From positions 1 to 59,105 of the forward strand of contig CAJFSR010000001.1 in assembly GCA_904419735.1 (NCBI GenBank): a DNA stretch of 59,105 nt, in the 5' to 3' direction. This stretch comes from Candidatus Neochristensenella gallicola (GTDB lineage Bacteria > Bacillota > Clostridia > Christensenellales > QALW01). The position numbers and the translations under genes were made by a program. The notes under the pieces are model-generated. The model made no database searches and had not been told where the DNA came from. It was given only the letters and a program-made list of their open reading frames with translations. Shown here piece after piece: positions 37,614 through 50,699 of the stretch. Numbering within the stretch: position 1 is the stretch's first letter; every line of letters begins with the position of its first letter.

Positions 37614-38858
37614 ATGCGGAATTGCGAGTGCGTTGCGATGATTCTGGCCGGCGGGCAGGGGAGCAGATTAGGCGCGCTTACCAGTAAGATAGCTAAGCCG
37701 GCCGTACCCTTTGGGGGAAAGTACAGGATAATAGATTTTCCCTTGAGCAACTGCGCCAATTCGGGCATAACTACCGTAGGCGTGCTTACACAGTATCAGC
37801 CCCTGGAGCTTAATACCTATATCGGCAGCGGACAGCCGTGGGATATGGACAGATTAAACGGCGGCGTGTTTGTGCTGCCTCCCTTTGTAAGGGGGAAGAA
37901 GGGAGAATGGTATAAGGGCACTGCCAACGCCATATATCAGAATATTCAGTTTCTGGAACAGTTTTCGCCCGAAAATGTGCTGGTGCTTTCGGGAGACCAT
38001 ATCTATAAAATGGATTACCGGCTTATGCTCAATTTCCATAAGGAGAACAAGGCGGACGCGACTATAGCGGTATTTAACGTGCCGTTAAGCGAGGCTGGCA
38101 GATACGGTATAATGGCGGCGGACGCGCAGGGCAGAATCCGTGAATTTATGGAAAAGCCTGAAAAGCCGGCCAGCACTTTGGCCAGTATGGGAGTTTACAT
38201 ATTTTCATGGGAGGTTTTAAAGCAGTATTTAGAGCAGGATGAGGGGCGCGCAGACAGCTCCAATGATTTTGGCAAGGATGTTATTCCCTCTATGCTGAAT
38301 GACGGCAGGCGGCTTTTCGCCTATTCCTTTAAGGGCTACTGGAAGGATGTGGGCACAGTTAAAAGCCTGTGGGAGGCCAATATGGATTTGCTGGGAGCCG
38401 AGCCCGTATTAGATTTAAACGACGACGAATGGCGCATATATTCCCGCAACAGCGGCCAGCCTGCGCAGTATATTTCAATAGGGGCCAATGTCAGCGGCTG
38501 CGCTATTACAGAAGGCTGCAAGATATATGGGACGGTTAAAAGGTCGGTGCTGTCAACGGGCGTAATTGTTGAAGAGGGCGCCCAGGTGTATAATTCCATT
38601 ATAATGCCGAACAGCATTATAAAAGAGGGCGCCGTTGTCAATAACGCGGTGATAGCCGAAGGCGCGGTTATAGGCCGGAACGCCGTTATAGGTAGCGAGA
38701 GCCCTAATGTCCGGCTTAAAAAGAGCGCATACTGCGAGGAGCTTACCCTTATAGGCGAAAAAGCGGAAATATGCGCTGATGCGCGCATAGGCTGCGGTGT
38801 AATGCTGGAAAAGAATGTTACTGAAGATATGCTTGTAAAGGAGAGTGAAGCGGTATGA
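37614..38858 (+). CDS. glgC: Glucose-1-phosphate adenylyltransferase
   Basis: [25 protein letters not shown] and YWKDVGT motifs. Confidence 0.96.
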   Translation: MRNCECVAMILAGGQGSRLGALTSKIAKPAVPFGGKYRIIDFPLSNCANSGITTVGVLTQYQPLELNTYIGSGQPWDMDRLNGGVFVLPPFVRGKKGEWYKGTANAIYQNIQFLEQFSPENVLVLSGDHIYKMDYRLMLNFHKENKADATIAVFNVPLSEAGRYGIMAADAQGRIREFMEKPEKPASTLASMGVYIFSWEVLKQYLEQDEGRADSSNDFGKDVIPSMLNDGRRLFAYSFKGYWKDVGTVKSLWEANMDLLGAEPVLDLNDDEWRIYSRNSGQPAQYISIGANVSGCAITEGCKIYGTVKRSVLSTGVIVEEGAQVYNSIIMPNSIIKEGAVVNNAVIAEGAVIGRNAVIGSESPNVRLKKSAYCEELTLIGEKAEICADARIGCGVMLEKNVTEDMLVKESEAV

Positions 38859-39973
38859 GGGATACTATGGGCATAATTATGACTGGCGGCGCCGATATAA
38901 AGCTCAATGAACTGACGCGGGCGCGCGCGGTGGCAGCCGTTCCGGTTGCCGGACGGTACAGGCTTATAGATTTCATACTCTCCAATATGGTCAATTCGGG
39001 CATTGTAAATGTGGGCGTGCCCACCCAGGCTTATTACCGTTCGCTCATGGACCATCTGGGTTCGGGAAAAGAATGGGATTTAAACCGCAAGCTGCACGGC
39101 TTATTTATACTGCCGCCTTATGTAAATAAGGACAGCGGGGACAATTATAAGGGGGACATAGATTTGCTGAACGGCATAATGGACTATATAGACCGCTCTA
39201 AGCAGAAATATGTCCTGCTGGCCGGAGGGAATCTCATTTTTAATACCACTTTTGACGCATTGCAGGATTTTCATATAAAGAAGGATGCGGATATTACCAT
39301 TCTTTATAATGAAGAGAGCTTTGCCGGAGGTATTCCGGTGCGGCATGTGGCTTTATTGACGGATGAAAACGGGCGGGTAACGGATATGGAGGTAAGCCCG
39401 CACCGAGTCTTTTCCAATAAGATATCTATGGGCATTTATTTTATGGAGAAGGAATTTCTGGCCTACCAGATTGGCCGGTGCATTTCAAGGGGAATGCATG
39501 ATTTTGTTATGGATGTGCTTGTGCATAATATTGAGCATTACAATATTTACGCCTGCCCCTTTGACGGATATGTGGGCCGCATAGACAGCCTGGCTTCCTA
39601 TTATTACTGCAATATGCGCCTGCTGGAGCCTGCGGTATGCGATGAAATATTTAACGGGCCCAACAGGATATATACTAAAGTCAAGGACCAGGTGCCCACT
39701 ATTTACGGGGATAACGCGCAGGTCAGCAATTCCCTGATAGCAGACGGCTGCGTTATAGACGGCAAAGTGGAAAACAGCATAATTTTCAGAGGAGTGCAGG
39801 TGGCTAAGGACGCGGTGGTAACTAACAGCATAGTTATGCAGGATTCGCAGCTCCAGAAGAATACCGATTTGGAATATGTGATTTTGGACAAATCAGTTGT
39901 AATCAGGCACGGCAAGCGCCTTATAGGACAGGAAAACTACCCGGTGGTAATAGGCAAGAATGTTATAGTTTAA
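38855..39973 (+). CDS. glgD: Glucose-1-phosphate adenylyltransferase subunit GlgD
   Basis: [27 protein letters not shown] and IYTKVKD motifs. Confidence 0.93.
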   Translation: MRDTMGIIMTGGADIKLNELTRARAVAAVPVAGRYRLIDFILSNMVNSGIVNVGVPTQAYYRSLMDHLGSGKEWDLNRKLHGLFILPPYVNKDSGDNYKGDIDLLNGIMDYIDRSKQKYVLLAGGNLIFNTTFDALQDFHIKKDADITILYNEESFAGGIPVRHVALLTDENGRVTDMEVSPHRVFSNKISMGIYFMEKEFLAYQIGRCISRGMHDFVMDVLVHNIEHYNIYACPFDGYVGRIDSLASYYYCNMRLLEPAVCDEIFNGPNRIYTKVKDQVPTIYGDNAQVSNSLIADGCVIDGKVENSIIFRGVQVAKDAVVTNSIVMQDSQLQKNTDLEYVILDKSVVIRHGKRLIGQENYPVVIGKNVIV

Positions 39974-39981
39974 GGAGGCCT

Positions 39982-41420
39982 GTGGTGAAAATATTATTTG
40001 CAGCAAGCGAATGCGCTCCTTTTGCCAAAGTGGGAGGCCTGGCTGATGTTGTAGGCTCCCTTCCCGGCGCGCTCAACGGCCTGGGGGCAGACGCCAGGGT
40101 GATACTGCCTAAATATAAGGCTATTCCCTCAGAAATGGCTGAAAAGATGGAATATCTGGGCTATATATATGTTCCTCTGGGCTGGAGGAGGCAGTACGCG
40201 GGATTTTTTGAGCTGATCCACAATGATACCGTATATTATTTTATAGATAACGAGTATTATTTCGGCGGCGAGGGAATATACGGCTATGCTGAGGGAGAGG
40301 CGGAAAAATATGCCTTTTTCTGCAAGGCAGTGCTTATGGGGCTGGATTTGATTAAATTCACGCCCGACATTATTCATGCCAACGACTGGCAGACAGGCAT
40401 GCTGCCCGTGCTCCTCAGGGAGGGAGAGCTTAACCGGCCTGAGGTTAAATCGGTTTTTACCATACATAATCTCAAGTATCAGGGTATTTACGGCATAGAT
40501 TTGCTTAAGGAATTGTTAAGCCTGCCCGACTGTATGTTTACTCCGGACAAACTGGAATTTTACGGAGGCGCCAGCTTTATAAAGGGCGGCCTGGTTTATG
40601 CGGATAAGGTAACAACGGTCAGCCCTGCCTACGCTCAGGAGACCTTAACCCCTTATTACGGCGAAAGGCTGGACGGGGTGCTCAGAGCGCGCGGAGAGGA
40701 TTATGTTGGGATTTTAAACGGTTTGGATTATAATATTTATTCGCCTGAAAAGGACAGTTACATACCTTTTGCGTTTTCTGCTTCAGCTCTAAGCGGCAAG
40801 AGAAAAAATAAAGCGGAGCTTCAGCGCCGGCTTTTCCTGGAGGAGGATGAAAATATACCTGTTATCGCCGTTGTAAGCAGGCTGGTGGAGCAAAAGGGGA
40901 TAGACCTTATTCGTGCGATGCTCAATGAGCTGCTTCAAACGGATAATTTCCAGCTTGCGGTGCTGGGTACGGGAGAAAGGGAATACGAGGACTTTTTCAG
41001 AAGCATGGCCGGCCGGTATCCGGGCAGGGTTTCGGCTAATATTATGTATGACGAGGGATTGGCCAGGCTGCTGTATGCCGGCTCCGATCTGTTTTTAATG
41101 CCCTCCAAATTTGAGCCGTGCGGCCTGTCCCAGCTTATAGCCATGAAGTACGGTTCTTTGCCCATAGTCAGGGAGACGGGCGGCTTAAAGGATACGGTGC
41201 AGCCCTATGATGAATATAAGGATAAAGGCTTCGCCTTTTCCTTTGCTAATTACAACGCTCATGATATGGCCTATACTATCCGCCGGGCAATAAATATATG
41301 CAGGGAGGAGAAATTAAAGGCCAAGCTTATGCGCCGGGCTATGAAAAAGGACTATTCCTGGAATAAAAGCGCAGGTTTATATATGGAGCTTTACAACAGT
41401 CTGATAAAGGAGATGGATCA

Positions 41421-41424
<4 letters not shown>
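39982..41424 (+). CDS. glgA: Glycogen synthase
   Basis: KVGGLADV, HANDWQ and FEPCGLSQ motifs. Confidence 0.96.
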
Positions 41425-43837
<2,413 letters not shown>

Positions 43838-43859
<22 letters not shown>

Positions 43860-45826
43860 TTCATAATTCGCAGGATGTTTTTTACAGGTCCCCCTTTGGA
43901 GCGGCGCCCTGGAACACAAAAATAACTGTCCGGCTTAAAGTCAGCAGAGGGCTGGAAATAAATAAAATATGGCTCCGGCTCTGGGAGAAAGACGAGCAGT
44001 TAATAGAAATGCATTTTTATGCCCGAAATGCGGACAGCGTTATTTATCAGGCGGAGTTTTCTGCGCCTGATTTTTCCTGCCTGCTTTGGTATTATTTTAT
44101 TTTGGATACCTCTTCACAGCGGCTGTTTTATCAAAATAATGCTTATAATCTGGGAGGCATGGGAGAATTATCGGAGCATGAGGATAAAATGCGCTCTTTT
44201 CAGATAACTGTATATAACCCCGCTTACGCTACCCCTGCCTGGACGCACGGCGCGGTTATGTACCAGATTTTCCCGGATAGATTTTTCCGGGCTGGGAAGA
44301 TTGATTTTATGGGGCGCAAGGCGCATTTGAACTGGGAGGAAGCTCCTCAGTATGAAATTGACCCTTCTAAAGGCTATTATCCCGCAGACGATTTTTTCGG
44401 CGGGAATTTTTCGGGAATAGAAAGCAAGCTTATGTATCTTAAAGAGTTGGGCGTAAACGTGATATATTTTAACCCTATCTTTAAGGCCTATTCCAATCAT
44501 AGATATGATACTGGCGATTATGAGCAGACGGACGAACTGCTGGGGACAAATGAAGAATTCTCACGGCTTTGCGAAAAAGCTCGTGCTCTGGGCATAAGGA
44601 TTATTCTGGACGGGGTTTTTTCCCATACGGGCAGCAACAGCCGCTATTTTAACCGGGAGGGCGAATATCCCGAAACAGGAGCTTATCAGTCAGAGGATTC
44701 CCCGTACTATAGCTGGTATTCTTTTGAAAAGTATCCAGATAAATATGACTGCTGGTGGGGAGTATGGTCCCTGCCCTGCGTGAACGAGATGGAGCCTTCA
44801 TACCGGGAATATATTTTGGGCGCAAAGGGGATAGTGAGAAAGTGGCTCAGGGCAGGCGCGTCCGGCTGGAGGCTGGATGTTGCTGACGAATTGCCTGATG
44901 AATTTATTAAGCAATTAAGAGTTTCGGCTAAGGAATGCAAAGAGGATGCTTATATTTTAGGCGAGGTATGGGAGGACGCTTCAAATAAGATAAGCTATTC
45001 AAGGCGGCGGGGCTTTCTTTTGGGAGATGAACTGGACGGCGTTATGAATTATCCCCTGCGCGAGGCAGTTATAGCGCTTTTGACGGGGAAAGAGGATGCG
45101 CGCATGTTTGCAATGCGGATTAACTCTTTAAAGGAAAATTATCCGCGGCCGGCGTTTTATTCATTAATGAACTTTCTTTCTACCCATGATACTGTAAGGA
45201 TAATTACCCTTCTAGGCGGGGTGCCCGAAGAAAAAGCTCTGTCCAAAAAGCAGCAGGCTGAATACAAGCTTTCGCCTGACGGCTATACTCTTGGATTGGG
45301 CAGGGAAAAGGCGGCCGCTGTGATAATATATATGATGCCTGGTTTAGCCTGTATTTATTATGGAGATGAAGCGGGCATGGAGGGATATGCCGACCCTTTT
45401 AATCGGGCTGCGTACTGCTGGGGCAGGGAAAATGAGGAACTGCGCGCATGGTATAGGGCTTTGGGCAAAATCCGGGAGGAGTACCGCGCGCTTTTTGCCG
45501 GCGGCGAATTTACTATAATGGGGGAAGGCGCGCTGCTTATAAAAAGGACAGACAAAAGCGGACAGATATTCGCCTTTATCAATCCAAATGATACCTGCTT
45601 TGAAGGCATGCTGGATAAAAATTTTTTAAACTTTCGGGAAAATTTGCCGTTTGAGAATGATACCGCTTCTGAAGAGGGCGTTCTGGGAGTTTTTAACAGG
45701 CAGGTGAAAATAACCCCGCTTCTTAATACGGAGGGGGTGGAACTAACGGCCATGCCTGAAGGCTGTACTTTATTTTTGCCGCCATACGGCTGCGGCATGT
45801 TTTTTTCCTCAGCTGCCGAAGAATAG
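43838..45826 (+). CDS. GH13 amylopullulanase/neopullulanase-like glycosidase
   Basis: YQIFPDRF, DGVFSH, GWRLDVADE, GEVWED and THD motifs. Confidence 0.9.
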
Positions 45827-45982
45827 GCTGAAAGCTCCCACAGCGGCCGCGATCAGAAGAAGCACGCCCGCTATTTTTAAGACGGGCTTAAGCGGCTTCA
45901 TAAGCAGCTGGCCGAAAAAGTATATCAGCACTATTGAGGAAAAGAGCATTCCAATAACGGTCCAATCCAGTTCAAGCCCCAT
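45809..45982 (-). CDS. Short BofA-like membrane peptide (57 aa), absent from the ORF track
   Basis: MGLELDWTVIGMLFSSIVLIYFFGQLLMKPLKPVLKIAGVLLLIAAAVGAFSLFFGS; RBS AAGGGA; immediately downstream of yaaL, as bofA is in Bacillus. Confidence 0.6.
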   Translation of the reverse strand: MGLELDWTVIGMLFSSIVLIYFFGQLLMKPLKPVLKIAGVLLLIAAAVGAFSLFFGS

Positions 45983-46005
45983 TCTTAATTACGTCCCTTC
46001 ATAAT

Positions 46006-46263
46006 TTAAATCAATATGCCCTGTTCTATCATGGCCAGCGCGCGGGGGTCGATATCCAGATTTTCCCGCGCATATTTAACCATATAATTAAACTGCTTTT
46101 TGCGGGCTTCCATATTGTATATCGCAAATTCCACCATGTCCGGGTCTACCGCCTGTTCAAACATGTTTTTGGCGCTCTGCCATTGCTGCCAGACCTGCCA
46201 GAGGTTCTCCAAATATTCCGCCGCTTCAGGGGACATGGTTTGAGCTGTCTTTTTCCGTTTCAT
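46006..46263 (-). CDS. yaaL: YaaL/DUF2508 family protein
   Basis: W..AKNMFEQAVDPDMVEFAIYNMEARKKQF.Y pattern. Confidence 0.75.
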   Translation of the reverse strand: MKRKKTAQTMSPEAAEYLENLWQVWQQWQSAKNMFEQAVDPDMVEFAIYNMEARKKQFNYMVKYARENLDIDPRALAMIEQGILI

Positions 46264-46439
46264 TTATATTTTCTCCCTATAAGAGCATTTAACGGCGTTG
46301 TTTGAGCTGGCTTTCAGCGCCGTTTAGCCGTCCTTTGATAAATAATATGCCGGGCCAAGCAGTTTAATAACTGGGGGTTTACAAATATCCGCATCTGTGC
46401 TATAATTAGAACCGTAATAAAGTTGTAACAATTAGGCAG

Positions 46440-47345
46440 GTGACTTTCTTGAAGAAAACCCTTGTATCATTAATGCTTCTTGCTGCGATATTAACTTCGC
46501 TCTTGGCTTTTCCGGCCGCAGCTGATACTCAGACGGCTATAATTGATACCGGGCTTACTCCGGGCGTTGATGAAACGGCGTCTGAATACGGCAATCTGAC
46601 CCTGGGGGACAGCGGCAGCGAAGTGCTTAATCTTCAGGCAAGGCTTAAGGATTTGGGATATTACAGCTATAAAGTAACAGGCTATTACGGAGAACTGACC
46701 GAATATGCCGTAAAGCTGTTCCAGCAGTATAACGGTATTTCTGCTACTGGTACGGTCGGACCCAAAACAAATTCTGTCTTATATGAAAATTCGGCTATAA
46801 GGATGCCTATGGAAGCCGTTGATTTAAATGCGGATAAGGTGGGGTCTACCCCTACTCCGACCCCCACTCCTACTCCTAAGCCCACGCCTAAGCCTACTCC
46901 TAAACCTACGCCCAAGCCTACTTCGGGTCAGGGCAAAGGAAAGACAGGACAGTATCTGGACTGGTTTAAGACGGTTAAATACAAGTTTACCGTAGGCATG
47001 GTAGTGACAGTGTGCGATTTCTATACGGGTACTACCTTTAAAGTTAAGAGAACGGGCGGCTATAATCATGCGGACGTGGAGCCGGTTACTGCTTCGGATA
47101 CGGCTAAATGGCGTTCTCTTTACGGAAATAAGGATTCGTGGGACCGCCGTCCTGTAACAGTCAATGTCAACGGCACAATTATCGCCGCTTCTATAAACGG
47201 CTACGGGCACAGCTTTGATAAGGTATCCGGGAATAATTTAACGGGGCATTTCTGCATCCATTTCCTTAACAGCCGTACGCACGGGACTAATTCAGTCTGT
47301 AAATTACACCAGAGCTGCGTCAAAATTGCGGCGGGCAAGGCTTGA
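46440..47345 (+). CDS. Secreted peptidoglycan-binding protein with a Pro-Thr/Lys linker
   Basis: Signal peptide; PG-binding motif LQARLKDLGY...G.YG..T..AV..FQ; PTPTPKPTPKP linker; C-terminal domain with GHFCIHF. Confidence 0.85.
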   Translation: MTFLKKTLVSLMLLAAILTSLLAFPAAADTQTAIIDTGLTPGVDETASEYGNLTLGDSGSEVLNLQARLKDLGYYSYKVTGYYGELTEYAVKLFQQYNGISATGTVGPKTNSVLYENSAIRMPMEAVDLNADKVGSTPTPTPTPTPKPTPKPTPKPTPKPTSGQGKGKTGQYLDWFKTVKYKFTVGMVVTVCDFYTGTTFKVKRTGGYNHADVEPVTASDTAKWRSLYGNKDSWDRRPVTVNVNGTIIAASINGYGHSFDKVSGNNLTGHFCIHFLNSRTHGTNSVCKLHQSCVKIAAGKA

Positions 47346-47442
47346 GTATATTTAAAATGGCACATATAGAGCGGCCTTATAAGGATAACGGCCGTTCTAT
47401 TTTTTTGCACTTAATAATAATATATAAATCAGGGGGCGGAAA

Positions 47443-48294
47443 ATGAAGAGCAAGAGAAAGAAACCCTTTATAATTATAACAGCTGTTGTTTTAATAATAG
47501 CCGCAGCTGCTTTTATTATATTCAGAAGGCCTAACGAGAGGCTTATAAATCCTGAAGGGGATACTGTTATAACTCGCTTTAATGTCCCGGAGGGCTTTGA
47601 GCGTATGCTTGCTCCGCAGGGCAGCTTTGGCCGTTTTTTGCAGGAATTGCCCCTTTTGCCCGATGGTTCATTGGTGCATTATTACGACGGCAGCATAAAA
47701 TTAAATTCCTATCATGAAGCGGTTTTAGAGCATACTCTGCCCGGCATAGATTTAGAACAGTGTGCCGATGTGGTAATGCATTTGTATGCGGAGTATTTAT
47801 ACAGCCAGGAACGCTATGAGGAAATAGGCTTTCATTTTGTCAATGGTTTTTACTGTGATTTTGCCTCCTGGGCTAAGGGGATGAGGCCCAATGTAAACGG
47901 AGAGGAGGTAACATGGCTTCAAAGCGCACAGCCTGATTCCTCGCGCGAAAGTTTTAATAACTATTTAAGGATAGTTTATGCTTATTCCAGCACGCTCTCG
48001 CTGGAGAAAGAAATGGCACCGGTAAGCGAGGAGGAATTGGCCGTCGGCGACGTATTTATAAGGGGAGGCAGTCCGGGCCATGTGGTCATAGTAGTAGATA
48101 TGGCAATTAATCCGCAGACGGGAGAAAAACGCTTTATGCTGCTTCAGGGCAATATGCCTTCCCAGCAGGCGCATATTATAAAAAATACCTTTGAGCCGGG
48201 TGTCAGTCCCTGGTTTTCAGATACCTTCCCGCAGGGCAAGCTGGTTCTGGCCACATGGGAATGCCCTTTGGAGAATATAAAGCGGTTTGCCTGA
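47443..48294 (+). CDS. DUF4846-like membrane-anchored protein
   Basis: DLEQCAD, GDVFIRGGSPGHVVIVVD and QGNMPSQ motifs. Confidence 0.75.
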   Translation: MKSKRKKPFIIITAVVLIIAAAAFIIFRRPNERLINPEGDTVITRFNVPEGFERMLAPQGSFGRFLQELPLLPDGSLVHYYDGSIKLNSYHEAVLEHTLPGIDLEQCADVVMHLYAEYLYSQERYEEIGFHFVNGFYCDFASWAKGMRPNVNGEEVTWLQSAQPDSSRESFNNYLRIVYAYSSTLSLEKEMAPVSEEELAVGDVFIRGGSPGHVVIVVDMAINPQTGEKRFMLLQGNMPSQQAHIIKNTFEPGVSPWFSDTFPQGKLVLATWECPLENIKRFA

Positions 48295-48604
48295 CTTTTT
48301 ATTTTGAAAATATGGTTATAAGCTATTATGGGCATTCAACGTGCGGTTGAATGCTGTGTTCTGGTTGGATGTAATAGGCATATGGAATATTATACCGCCA
48401 TTCTACATACAGTTGAAATGTAATTTATTCATTATTAAAATAATAATACAGCCTTCAACTTACAATTTATTTACAATATGCATATTTTATTTTATATTCT
48501 TTGTAGCGCTTTATAAGAATGACTAAAAAAATACCGATGGAAAATGGATAGAAAGCCTGGCGCTTTATGATTAGCGTAAGTGTACGAGGTACAGCACAGT
48601 TAGA

Positions 48605-48800
48605 AACAGCTGAATTTATGTCTCTGCTGTGTTGATTTGATTCCATGTATTCCGGTACGCCGTTTAAGCGCCTTGCCGGGCAGTAAATCAGCATATTTTG
48701 GTTTTTGCTCACTTTACCCCTCAGCAATTTGCAATTTGCCTGTTTCCAAGGTATACGAGGGATGTGAAACTCTGCGCCGATAGAGTATAACAAAGAAAAC
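48605..48800. repeat. Degenerate member of the two-unit MITE/REP-like family
   Basis: CTGCTGTGTTG..TCCATGTA..TCCGGTACGC..CGTTTAAGCGCCTTGCCGGGCA closely matches the reverse complement of unit 2 of the 4550 element. AATTTGCCTGTTT is shared with the 12865 stem. Confidence 0.6.
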
Positions 48801-48917
48801 TTCCGGCTGCTGCAATTTATTCCGTATGCATCATACTATATTAAGTTTTTAAATAATTATCCATTGAATACTTCTGGGATTTTGTTATCTGTATTTAATA
48901 AAAGGGTGGGTTCTGCC

Positions 48918-50699
48918 ATGAAATTAATAAAAAATATTATATTTATGTTCAGATTTTCATGGAAAATAAGCAAAAGAGCTTTTGCGGGCGCCAGTATCCG
49001 CCTGGTGCTGGATACGGCCGAGCCGTTTATTTATATTATATTTCCTGCTTTAATTATAGACGAATTGACAATAGGCAGGGAATGGAATACGGTTCTGTTC
49101 TATATATGTTTGTTCATCGCCTGTATTGCATTGCTGAGAGGCCTGAGAGCATTATTTAATGTATTTGTAAATATGTCTGTTAACAGAAGCGATGTAAAAA
49201 ATGCTTTATTTTATATGCGCAGCTTTTTAGAACTAGACTATGAAAAACAGGAGGATGAAAAAATACGTGATATTCAGAATTATGTTTCGTCCAAAGTGCA
49301 TGTAAATGATTTTATTCTAATAATATTTGGTTTTTTGACAAGCTTTTTAAAGCTGGCTGGCTTTTCTTATATTATAGCAATGCTTCATCCGGCGGTTCTG
49401 CTGCTGCTATTTGGTCTGGTTGTCATACGGTATTTTCTTAATAAAAAGCTGCAGAAAAATGATTACGGTTTTCAGCCGGTTATGACGCAGTATACAAGAA
49501 TATTTGATTATCTGTTTGACGCCATGACTAATTTTGCCAACGCCAAGGAAGTAAGAGTAAATAAAGCTAACGATATACTCACCAATAAGTTTAATTTATC
49601 ATTATCTCAATTCAGTTCAAGTTATAAAACATTTCTGTCAAAGCAGATGAAGCTTAATATTATAAGCAAGACGATAGATTTTGTTCAAATGCTTTTTTCT
49701 TACGGCTATGTCGCTTGGCTGGCCGTCTTAAGCAGGATAACAGTAGGCGAATTCAGTTTATATATCAATGCTATATATAATCTTTCCAACTCTTTTAATG
49801 AGCTTGCCGCAAGATGCGTAGAATTTAAATACCTGTCAAAATATATAGATGATTATTATAAATATAAAGAAATAACGCGCTCTTTGAGCGTTGAAAATGA
49901 AATTTATGATTTGCCGGAGGAGAACGCCGAACTGCCCATGTTTGAGTTTGACCATGTATCCTTTACCTATCCCAATACTGAGAAGGCAGTTCTGAAGGAT
50001 ATTTCTATTAAAATATATAAAGGCCAGAAGCTTTCGGTAGTAGGCTTTAACGGAGCGGGGAAAACCACGTTTATTAAACTGCTTTGCAGGCTTTACCGTC
50101 CTACTTTGGGAATGATAAAATATTATGGGGTGGATATTTCTGTTATAAAGCGGGAGCAGTATTTAAAAGCGCTGGCGGTTGTTTTTCAGGATTATAAGCT
50201 GTTTTCATTTTCCTTTCTGGACAATATAGTGTTGAATCAGGATCTTGACGAAGATAAACTAAACAGGGCCGTTAGAAACGCCGGCCTGGAATCCAAGCTG
50301 GCGGCGCTGCCTAAGGGCCTGCAAACCAACATTTATAAGGATTTTGATGAGGAGGGCATTGAATTTTCAGGAGGCGAGGGGCAGAAGCTGGTAATTGCCA
50401 GAGCGTACTATAAAGACGCTGATTTGGTTATTCTGGACGAACCTACGGCGGCGCTGGACGCCTTGGCCGAAAATGAAATATATACTAAGTTTAATGATAT
50501 TATATCGGATAAGACGGCGATTTTCATTTCACATCGCCTTGCTTCTACGCGCTTCTGCGATGAAATAGCGGTTTTTCAGGAAGGAAGAATTGTCGAATAT
50601 GGCAGCCATGACGTGCTTATGGAACGCAATGGGGTTTATGCAGATATGTTTAATAAGCAGGCTCAGTATTATAATGCTGAGGAGGAGGGCGTATTATGA
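48918..50699 (+). CDS. ABC exporter (fused TMD-NBD)
   Basis: TM helices; GFNGAGKTT, FSGGEGQK, LDEPT and ISHRL motifs. Confidence 0.92.
   Translation: MKLIKNIIFMFRFSWKISKRAFAGASIRLVLDTAEPFIYIIFPALIIDELTIGREWNTVLFYICLFIACIALLRGLRALFNVFVNMSVNRSDVKNALFYMRSFLELDYEKQEDEKIRDIQNYVSSKVHVNDFILIIFGFLTSFLKLAGFSYIIAMLHPAVLLLLFGLVVIRYFLNKKLQKNDYGFQPVMTQYTRIFDYLFDAMTNFANAKEVRVNKANDILTNKFNLSLSQFSSSYKTFLSKQMKLNIISKTIDFVQMLFSYGYVAWLAVLSRITVGEFSLYINAIYNLSNSFNELAARCVEFKYLSKYIDDYYKYKEITRSLSVENEIYDLPEENAELPMFEFDHVSFTYPNTEKAVLKDISIKIYKGQKLSVVGFNGAGKTTFIKLLCRLYRPTLGMIKYYGVDISVIKREQYLKALAVVFQDYKLFSFSFLDNIVLNQDLDEDKLNRAVRNAGLESKLAALPKGLQTNIYKDFDEEGIEFSGGEGQKLVIARAYYKDADLVILDEPTAALDALAENEIYTKFNDIISDKTAIFISHRLASTRFCDEIAVFQEGRIVEYGSHDVLMERNGVYADMFNKQAQYYNAEEEGVL

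Noticed and set aside
46848-46922. Low-complexity CCTAC/CCTAAG repeats
   Set aside because: Simply encode the Pro-Thr/Lys linker of the peptidoglycan-binding protein
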